Part shown: positions 9,649 to 17,800 of the stretch, one piece after another
How positions within the stretch are numbered: position 1 is the stretch's first letter
Layout: every line of letters begins with the position of its first letter
Source of the DNA: Nitrosopumilus sp.
GTDB taxonomy: Archaea > Thermoproteota > Nitrososphaeria > Nitrososphaerales > Nitrosopumilaceae
Reading direction: 5' to 3'
Assembly (NCBI GenBank): GCA_965197525.1
Contig: OZ240211.1
Location: forward strand, 736,001 to 800,000
Length of the DNA stretch: 64,000 bases
Translations under genes and position numbers: made by a program
Notes under the pieces: model-generated
The model's input: only the letters and a program-made list of their open reading frames with translations
Told to the model about the DNA's origin: nothing
Database searches by the model: none

Positions 9649-10254
9649 TTAGAAATGATTCTCAAATACAACATCACTCAATGGCAGTTGCCCTCCTCTA
9701 GGTAATGCATCTTTGATTTTCTTTCCAACCACTACCATCATGGTGACCACATGATCATCAGGCAGACAGATAGCCTTACTGACAGCATCATAGTCAAATC
9801 CTTTCATGGGACATGTGTCATACCCCATAGATTTTGCTGCAAGCATGATGGTTTGTGCAGCCATGCCACAAGAACGCATTGCCTCATCTCGCTGTAGTTG
9901 GGATTTGCCAGCATATGACTTTCTTATGGATTCAACATAGGCATTTCGTGATGCTTCTGGTATTATGTTTGCCCAGTATCTTTGTGGCTCTTTGTCCCAA
10001 GAGTTCAAGTCAGCACACAAAACAATAACTAGTGAGGCATCAGATACTTGTGTTTGATTGTGGGAGAGTTCAGATAATCTGTCTTTGAGTGCACGGTCAG
10101 TAATGACTACAAATCTCCAGTTTTGTATATTGTACGATGTAGGAGAGAGTACTGCCAACTCTAAGAGATTAGTAATCTCTTGTTTTGTCATACTGTGTTC
10201 TTTATCAAAACGTTTGATAGAACGCCGTGTCCTTATAGCTTCAAGAGTATCCAT
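9649..10254 (-). CDS. Nitroreductase family protein
   Basis: AIRTRRSIKRF, LAVLSPTSYNIQNWRF, AAKSMGYDTCPMKGFD. Confidence 0.92.
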   Translation of the reverse strand: MDTLEAIRTRRSIKRFDKEHSMTKQEITNLLELAVLSPTSYNIQNWRFVVITDRALKDRLSELSHNQTQVSDASLVIVLCADLNSWDKEPQRYWANIIPEASRNAYVESIRKSYAGKSQLQRDEAMRSCGMAAQTIMLAAKSMGYDTCPMKGFDYDAVSKAICLPDDHVVTMMVVVGKKIKDALPRGGQLPLSDVVFENHF

Positions 10255-10299
10255 GCTAGAGTAAAAACATAGTCAAATTTAATTCATAAAGGCAGACGA

Positions 10300-10381
10300 G
10301 CTTAAGACCAGCTCCGTAGAGGATGCTGATGAGAGCTCTTCGCTTAAGACCAGTGCACGGCGCAGTGCTACTGATGACAGC
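10300..10381 (-). other. Tandem duplicated structured motif in the putative leader of the nitroreductase gene
   Basis: GCTTAAGACCAG at 10300-10311 and 10342-10353; CTGATGASAGC at 10326-10336 and 10371-10381; variable hairpins lie between them. Confidence 0.5.
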
Positions 10382-10585
10382 GATTATCATCATATCTGAA
10401 ACTAGTATCGACAGATACGAGACTACCTTTACAATATAATTATGCAATACTGATATTTAACTAACACTATTGTGGGTTCTGTGTAATCTTCGTGATATGG
10501 AATAGAGTTGTTGGGACATGAAATTATGATTCTGTTCTGCAAAGTTATGACCTAATTAGAGAAGATCTACCCTTACATCTAAATC

Positions 10586-10768
10586 TTAACGTACCCTTTC
10601 TTTGTTCCAATACGGAGACTTGCATTTCTTGTTGTTGCAGTTTTTAGGGGATTCATTCCTACTGTACCAAATCTCATTACACCTGTTGCACTCGTGTCGC
10701 CAATATGCACCATCAACTTTCATGCTCATACACTCTATACCAATTAGTAGTATATAATTTATTCCCAT
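10586..10768 (-). CDS. Small Zn-finger protein, IS passenger
   Basis: HECNRC...CNNKKCKSPYW cysteine pattern. The true start may be the internal Met at ~10723. Confidence 0.6.
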   Translation of the reverse strand: MGINYILLIGIECMSMKVDGAYWRHECNRCNEIWYSRNESPKNCNNKKCKSPYWNKERVR

Positions 10769-10825
10769 ATCTACTTAAAACCCATACTAATATATATGGG
10801 TAATAGGTATAGTATAAATCAAGTA

Positions 10826-10919
10826 AAAGTGATTGGCGATGATGAAGCCGTGACAATCATATCTGAGGAAAGCAGAGATGATGTTAAATTACCTACAAGG
10901 TATCTGAGCCAATCACTTT
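10826..10919 (+). ncRNA. Box C/D-like sRNA
   Basis: 12-bp terminal stem (10826-10837/10908-10919), box C ATGATGA 10839-10845, D' CTGA 10863-10866, C' ATGATGT 10878-10884, D CTGA 10904-10907. TATATA at 10791-10796 and a T-rich tail. Confidence 0.75.
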
Positions 10920-10962
10920 CTTTCCTACTTGGTTCTATATTAATTTTCGAGGGGTCTTACAC

Positions 10963-12099
10963 ATGAACGCAAGAGCACAAAGAGCAAGACAGATTATGGA
11001 GATGGATAACCACGCATCCCAAATCGTAGGCGAGAACAAATACAAGGTTAGATCACAAACCATCCCAGACAAGTATTACATCATAACCAAAACTGATGAT
11101 GGATTGGTATGTGATTGTCCAGACCACATCAAAAGACAATCTGACTGCAAACATATCAAAGTGGTATTAGAATATTGCAAGAAGAATGTCTTTGACCATG
11201 ACGGATTTAGAATCATGGAAAGGGCACAGCTCAAATTATGCAAGTACTGCGATTCTGGTAATGTTGTAAAGAGAGGGATTAGAAAAACCAAGAAAGGACA
11301 AAATCAATTATTCAAATGCACAGATTGCAAAAGAACATTTACAGCCAACTTTGGGTTTGAGAAGAAACAGTTTGACGAGAATGTTATAACTGGAGCTTTG
11401 CAGATGTACTACTCGGGAATGTCGGTAAGGGATATTTCAAATCATTATGAGATGATGGGAACTGAGGTTAGTTTCAAGACTATCTACAACTGGATTGATA
11501 GATATTCCAAGATGGCATCTAACTATCTAAACGAAATAACTCCACGTGTAGGGGACTGGCTCAGGGCTGACGAGGTATGGGTAAAGATTGCAGGAAATCA
11601 AAATTATGTTTTTTTAAGTATGGATGATGATACAAGGTATTGGTTAGCTAGTGATATAGCAGACAACAAGTTCCAACACAACGCAGACAATTTACTACAC
11701 CTAACCAAAACACAAGCTGGCAAAACCCCCAAGCACTTCATTACAGACAAGTTACCAGCTTATATGAAATCATCCAAAAAGATATTTGGCAAAAAGACAC
11801 ACCACACTGCAAATGCAGGAATCAGAAGCAAGAGAACGGGTCAGAATTTCCACCCCTCAAATAACAAGATGGAACGCCTGAATGGCGAGATCAGGGATCG
11901 TGAGAAAGTGTTCAGAGGACTCAAAAAGATGGATACTCCTGTATTGGATGGTATGCGTGTATACTACAACTACACAGAGAAACACGGTGCACTCGAAGGA
12001 CAAACTCCAGCAGAATCAGCCAAGATTACAGTAGATGGTAAAAACAAGTGGAAGACTATCATACAGAATGCGAGTTTGTATAAGAATAATTCAGTCTGA
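10963..12099 (+). CDS. IS6-family-like DDE transposase with N-terminal SWIM-type and Zn-ribbon domains
   Basis: CDCPDH...CKH, CKYC...CTDC; catalytic ADEVW, ITDKL, KMERLNG. Confidence 0.9.
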   Translation: MNARAQRARQIMEMDNHASQIVGENKYKVRSQTIPDKYYIITKTDDGLVCDCPDHIKRQSDCKHIKVVLEYCKKNVFDHDGFRIMERAQLKLCKYCDSGNVVKRGIRKTKKGQNQLFKCTDCKRTFTANFGFEKKQFDENVITGALQMYYSGMSVRDISNHYEMMGTEVSFKTIYNWIDRYSKMASNYLNEITPRVGDWLRADEVWVKIAGNQNYVFLSMDDDTRYWLASDIADNKFQHNADNLLHLTKTQAGKTPKHFITDKLPAYMKSSKKIFGKKTHHTANAGIRSKRTGQNFHPSNNKMERLNGEIRDREKVFRGLKKMDTPVLDGMRVYYNYTEKHGALEGQTPAESAKITVDGKNKWKTIIQNASLYKNNSV

Positions 12100-12345
12100 T
12101 TATTTTTGGTTTTGAATGTCTTTTTTGATTTCTGTCATATCATCTTGCAGTTTGTTGAGTTTTTGACAGTTAATTTGAGTTTGTTCTTTCAGTGCTTTAA
12201 TATCCTTCTTGACATCAGTTCTTAATCCTTTAATATCCTTCTTGACATCAGTTCTTAGTTTTTTAAACTCATCATGAAGGCTGTCCTGTTTTTTGTCAGA
12301 TTTCTTAATTGCACGTAATACATCAACTATGGTTTTATCAGTCAT
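12100..12345 (-). CDS. Small coiled-coil repeat protein, IS passenger
   Basis: Heptad-like LRTDVKKDIK x2 (29-bp direct repeat, period 33, at 12196-12224 and 12229-12257). Abuts the transposase stop. Confidence 0.6.
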   Translation of the reverse strand: MTDKTIVDVLRAIKKSDKKQDSLHDEFKKLRTDVKKDIKGLRTDVKKDIKALKEQTQINCQKLNKLQDDMTEIKKDIQNQK

Positions 12346-12453
12346 ATCAACATGATATTGTATATCAGATATTAAACCTATCTTTAGTCTAATGATTCAG
12401 CCTACGACTTTATTCATTCCATATCACGAAGATTACACAGAACCCTATTGTGT

Positions 12454-12469
12454 TGCTCTGTCAGATAAC
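12454..12469 (+). repeat. IS6-like left-end sequence
   Basis: TGCTCTGTCAGATAAC; core CTCTGTCAGATAAC recurs at 13886-13899. Confidence 0.55.
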
Positions 12470-12565
12470 CCTGACTAAAATTTCCTAAAACCGCGGTTGT
12501 GTAAACAAAATTTGAATTACAGAACATGAAATGGGGTGGCTGCTTATGATCGTAGTGTGCTTGAA

Positions 12566-13771
12566 TCAAACGTTGATGGTTTCTTCGATTTCTTCTGCCA
12601 TGAAAACTTTGCTTTTGTAGCGTATATCAGTCTGTTTTAATATGCCTGTCTCTACCAGCATCATGACTGCATTTTTTGCAGACGGATATGTGACGTTAAG
12701 AAACTGCATTGCTCTGGGAATTGTAATGTACGGATTCGAGAATAAATGCTCCATCAGAAGAACCACGTTACTACTGGTGTTTTTTTTACGCAGGATCTCT
12801 TTGTACGTTCTCATAAGAGTTACCAAGGTCTGGATGTTGTCTATTGTCTCACTTGCTTGCTCTATGAAAGCCCTCAAGAAAAATTTTATCCAATCTTTCC
12901 ATCTGGACTTCTGGCTTACCTCTAGCAGACCGCCATAATACTGCTCACGATGTCTGTCAAAATAAGCACTCATGTATAACAATGGTTCTGGTAAAATTCC
13001 TTTCTCATACAGTACTAGTGGAAGCATCAGTCTTCCGATTCTCCCGTTCCCATCAAGGAACGGATGTATAGCCTCAAACTGGTAATGCATTATGGCGCAC
13101 TGGATCAGAACTGGCAGGTTTTCATAGTCAGCTTGAAAGAATTTTTCAAGATTTTCAAGTAGTACGGAAACTCTTTCCGGTGGTGGGGGGGTATAAATGA
13201 TTTCCCGCTTTGTTCCCTGTGTTTTTATGATCCAGTTCTGTTGGTCGCGAAATTCTCCAGGATTTTTATCGTAACCCCTGACTCCTTCCATCAGTTTCTT
13301 ATGAGCCTCTTTTAGAATATCCAAGCCCACACGCTGTTTGGAATTCCGTAATGCGTCCAATGATTTTTCTAGGGCGTTGACGTAGTTGATTACTTCTCTC
13401 AATCTCAGACTCTCTACATCCTTTCTGCCAATGTTGCCTACAGCTTCCTGCTTGTTCAAATCTTCCAGCGATGCCAGTGTTCCTTCGATTTTGGAACTCA
13501 GTACGGCTTCTTTTTTTAGATATGCCCTGATCAGAATATGCGGATTTTCCAGCTCGCTTCCCTTTCCCTTCAATTCTCCTACCTTTCTCTCTGCCTTTGC
13601 AAGTAGCATGACAGCCTCTTGGTCATAGGTAACTTTTGGCGGTAAATCACGAGGAATAAACGTAAGTTGATTATTCTTGTCGGTCTCGATTTTTCCATTG
13701 GGCTTGGTAAACCTGTCTAAATTATTCCAAGACGGTTCACTATGCCCATCTTTAATAGTTCTAGTTGACAT
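12566..13771 (-). CDS. Fic-domain protein (class II, Fic_N + Fic + C-terminal HTH-like)
   Basis: Canonical HPFLDGNGRIGR active site; N-terminal inhibitory motif SSKIEG. Confidence 0.93.
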   Translation of the reverse strand: MSTRTIKDGHSEPSWNNLDRFTKPNGKIETDKNNQLTFIPRDLPPKVTYDQEAVMLLAKAERKVGELKGKGSELENPHILIRAYLKKEAVLSSKIEGTLASLEDLNKQEAVGNIGRKDVESLRLREVINYVNALEKSLDALRNSKQRVGLDILKEAHKKLMEGVRGYDKNPGEFRDQQNWIIKTQGTKREIIYTPPPPERVSVLLENLEKFFQADYENLPVLIQCAIMHYQFEAIHPFLDGNGRIGRLMLPLVLYEKGILPEPLLYMSAYFDRHREQYYGGLLEVSQKSRWKDWIKFFLRAFIEQASETIDNIQTLVTLMRTYKEILRKKNTSSNVVLLMEHLFSNPYITIPRAMQFLNVTYPSAKNAVMMLVETGILKQTDIRYKSKVFMAEEIEETINV

Positions 13772-13883
13772 TAAAGAAAATCACCAATTACTTTAATTGA
13801 AGTAGTAATAATATTTAAATTTTGTTAACATTTTTCATTAATGTAACAAAATAGTAAGGATCAATGTTATGAAGTACTGGTAC

Positions 13884-14820
13884 TACTCTGTCAGATAACT
13901 TTCACTCCCATGATCCCAACAATGGTAGCGGAGGTGGCAGTTTTGATTTCCATGTTCTGTATTGACCACCATATACAGTCAAATATGTTACCCCCATCAG
14001 TTCTGTCTGGTTATCAAGGGATCAGATTTGTTTAGAAGTGGAACTTTAGATTTGACTTGATTGTGTGGCATTTTTAGGCTCCACACGTATGTCAAGAAGT
14101 GAGCAGGTTGAACTTGTAGAATATTTGAAAGCAAACTGCAGTTACGACTGTATTGAAGACATGAATGACCAAAAATCAGTTTGGGAATAATCATACCAAA
14201 AATAATCGATAAAAAATTTGAAGAGAGAAAAAATGTAGATACCACTGTTCAGTCCACGCTAGTTAGTGACAAGTTGTTTATGACTATACGAAATTACGGA
14301 GTGCACCAAGTTGTATCGTATAGCTGTCCAAAATGTCGAACAAAAAAACAACACCACAAACAAGGAATTTTGGAGTGGGGTGTGTATGAGTGGCTACGTA
14401 AGAATTATGACAACAAAGAACAGATGTGGAAGAATCTTCACATCGATGAATCAGGGTATGATCAATCGTTTCTTGTTGGTAACATGAATCTTCATAGGAG
14501 CAAGTTTATGATTATTAGTGTGTTTAGGTACAAACTTGGTATGCGCTCAGGTCTGGTGTCTGCGTAGGCACAAAAAAATGTAGCATCCTGTAAAATCATG
14601 CCTAGAAACGAATGAGGCCTGAGTGTATACTACGAACTCTGTTTATATTGTACAAAAAGTAGTTTGTTCCCCATCTAAAAGTGCAAAGATACTAAGAAGT
14701 AAAGTAAACGTCTCGCTTAGTGGAAATGCAAGTGTATGGGTTTGATCAAGATATTCCAAGCAATGGCATCATGTTTTGAATGTTCTCATTATTTGACATG
14801 TAAAGTTATCTGGCAGGATG
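13884..14820 (+). mobile_element. Degenerate IS remnant with IS6-like ends
   Basis: CTG(T/C)CAGATAACTTT inverted pair at 13888-13902 and 14802-14816. A further end-like sequence lies at 13999-14020. The broken ORF 14181-14567 has CPKC and LHIDES. Confidence 0.45.
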
Positions 14821-14823
14821 TAA

Positions 14824-17800
14824 TTATGGCGTAATGGCAGTAACAGTATAGGATTGATCATCTCCTGTGGTAGGAGTAAGACTAGATAGCGAGTTGGAGG
14901 CAGAGTCCACAATGTTGTTGTCTGAGGAGACGTCCAAGTTGTATGTGCCCGCCTCTGGTGCTGAAACGGTAACTAGGTATTGGCTGCCAGACCCGGTTAC
15001 GGATGTGATGGGGCCAGAGCTAGCACCGTCACCGAGTGTAAGAGTCCAAGAGTTGAGGATGCCAGAGTCTAGATAATAGTTGTCATTCATGCGTAGTTGC
15101 CAGTCGCCGTTAATTGAGACGTCATCACCGTATTCAAGCGTGTATGTTTCTGTGATGTCGTCTGCAGAGCCACCGACACGGTTGTGCAGTGTTACTATCT
15201 GGTTGTCAGGCGAGACGAGTTGTACCAAGAGATCGCCCCTCCATGTATGGGTGATGTCTACTGTAACTGATACATCAGAGACTGTGCCTGATGCAGTAAC
15301 GGTAATGGTGTCTGTCTTGTCTGTGTCGTGGGGTACGATATCAAGGGATGGCGTACTGGTGTACACAAATGCTTGAGTGGTATTATACACAGGACTGTCA
15401 GGGGATAACTCAAAGTCATCTGTGCTGACGCCTGTTACTGCCTCATTGAATAGTACTGCAAATTCAAGGGTGTTGCTATTGGTAGAGGGGGTTGCAGGGC
15501 TGGATCTAGTAATAGAGGTAACAGTTGGTGGCGTGTCTATGACGTTGACTGTTCTAGTTACCGGTACGGCGGGGTTTCCGGCACTGTCGTCACATGTAAA
15601 GGTTACAGTATATGTTCCAGCTATGTCGGTGTTTACCAGATTGCTAATCTGGATTTGAGATGTGATATCGCCGTCGACTGCATCAGTACATGTTGCGCCT
15701 GCATCAACGTATGGAGTGCCAAGAACTGTATCTGCAGGGGATTGGCCTACCAGTTGAATTGTTGGCGGAGTTCTGTCAATTGAAGAGGTGACAGTATAGG
15801 ATTGATCATCTCCTGTGGTAGGAGTAAGACTAGATAGCGAGTTGGAGGCAGAGTCCACAATGTTGTTGTCTGAGGAGACGTCCAAGTTGTATGTGCCCGC
15901 CTCTGGTGCTGAAACGGTAACTAGGTATTGGCTGCCAGACCCGGTTACGGATGTGATGGGGCCAGAGCTAGCACCGTCACCGAGTGTAAGAGTCCAAGAG
16001 TTGAGGATGCCAGAGTCTAGATAATAGTTGTCATTCATGCGTAGTTGCCAGTCGCCGTTAATTGAGACGTCATCACCGTATTCAAGCGTGTATGTTTCTG
16101 TGATGTCGTCTGCAGAGCCACCGACACGGTTGTGCAGTGTTACTATCTGGTTGTCAGGCGAGACGAGTTGTACCAAGAGATCGCCCCTCCATGTATGGGT
16201 GATGTCTACTGTAACTGATACATCAGAGACTGTGCCTGATGCAGTAACGGTAATGGTGTCTGTCTTGTCTGTGTCGTGGGGTACGATATCAAGGGATGGC
16301 GTACTGGTGTACACAAATGCTTGAGTGGTATTATACACAGGACTGTCAGGGGATAACTCAAAGTCATCTGTGCTGACGCCTGTTACTGCCTCATTGAATA
16401 GTACTGCAAATTCAAGGGTGTTGCTATTGGTAGAGGGGGTTGCAGGGCTGGATCTAGTAATAGAGGTAACAGTTGGTGGCGTGTCTATGACGTTGACTGT
16501 TCTAGTTACCGGTACGGCGGGGTTTCCGGCACTGTCGTCACATGTAAAGGTTACAGTATATGTTCCAGCTATGTCGGTGTTTACCAGATTGCTAATCTGG
16601 ATTTGAGATGTGATATCGCCGTCGACTGCATCAGTACATGTTGCGCCTGCATCAACGTATGGAGTGCCAAGAACTGTATCTGCAGGGGATTGGCCTACCA
16701 GTTGAATTGTTGGCGGAGTTCTGTCAATTGAAGAGGTGACAGTATAGGATTGATCATCTCCTGTGGTAGGAGTAAGACTAGATAGCGAGTTGGAGGCAGA
16801 GTCCACAATGTTGTTGTCTGAGGAGACGTCCAAGTTGTATGTGCCCGCCTCTGGTGCTGAAACGGTAACTAGGTATTGGCTGCCAGACCCGGTTACGGAT
16901 GTGATGGGGCCAGAGCTAGCACCGTCACCGAGTGTAAGAGTCCAAGAGTTGAGGATGCCAGAGTCTAGATAATAGTTGTCATTCATGCGTAGTTGCCAGT
17001 CGCCGTTAATTGAGACGTCATCACCGTATTCAAGCGTGTATGTTTCTGTGATGTCGTCTGCAGAGCCACCGACACGGTTGTGCAGTGTTACTATCTGGTT
17101 GTCAGGCGAGACGAGTTGTACCAAGAGATCGCCCCTCCATGTATGGGTGATGTCTACTGTAACTGATACATCAGAGACTGTGCCTGATTCAGAGACTGTG
17201 ATGGTGTCTGTCTTGTCTGTGTCGTGGGGTACGATATCAAGGGATGGCGTACTGGTGTACACAAATGCTTGAGTGGTATTATACACAGGACTGTCAGGGG
17301 ATAACTCAAAGTCATCTGTGCTGACGCCTGTTACTGCCTCATTGAATAGTACTGCAAATTCAAGGGTGTTGCTATTGGTAGAGGGGGTTGCAGGGCTGGA
17401 TCTAGTAATAGAGGTAACAGTTGGTGGCGTGTCTATGACGTTGACTGTTCTAGTTACCGGTACGGCGGGGTTTCCGGCACTGTCGTCACATGTAAAGGTT
17501 ACAGTATATGTTCCAGCTATGTCGGTGTTTACCAGATTGCTAATCTGGATTTGAGATGTGATATCGCCGTCGACTGCATCAGTACATGTTGCGCCTGCAT
17601 CAACGTATGGAGTGCCAAGAACTGTATCTGCAGGGGATTGGCCTACCAGTTGAATTGTTGGCGGAGTTCTGTCAATTGAAGAGGTGACAGTATAGGATTG
17701 ATCATCTCCTGTGGTAGGAGTAAGACTAGATAGCGAGTTGGAGGCAGAGTCCACAATGTTGTTGTCTGAGGAGACGTCCAAGTTGTATGTGCCCGCCTCT

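Larger units (their letters stand above)
10475..12444 (+). mobile_element. Autonomous IS6-family-like element (1970 bp) with passengers
   Basis: Perfect 29-bp TIR GGTTCTGTGTAATCTTCGTGATATGGAAT at 10475-10503 and 12416-12444. 8-bp TSD CTATTGTG at 10467-10474 and 12445-12452. DDE transposase inside. Confidence 0.93.

Noticed and set aside
10300-10381. TIGR-like array
   Set aside because: Only two units, unequal self-complementary spacers, and no Nop-domain/Tas gene in the window.
10326-10402. Hammerhead ribozyme (CTGATGA...GAAAC)
   Set aside because: Stem II does not close next to GAAA and no stem I/III partners were found.
10256-10447. 63-aa ORF upstream of the nitroreductase
   Set aside because: No recognisable features and overlaps the structured repeat; a leader peptide cannot be excluded.
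10931-10954. Extra TIR-like sequence GGTTCTATATTAATTTTCGAGGGG before the transposase
   Set aside because: Needs a 2-nt gap and several mismatches; could be chance.
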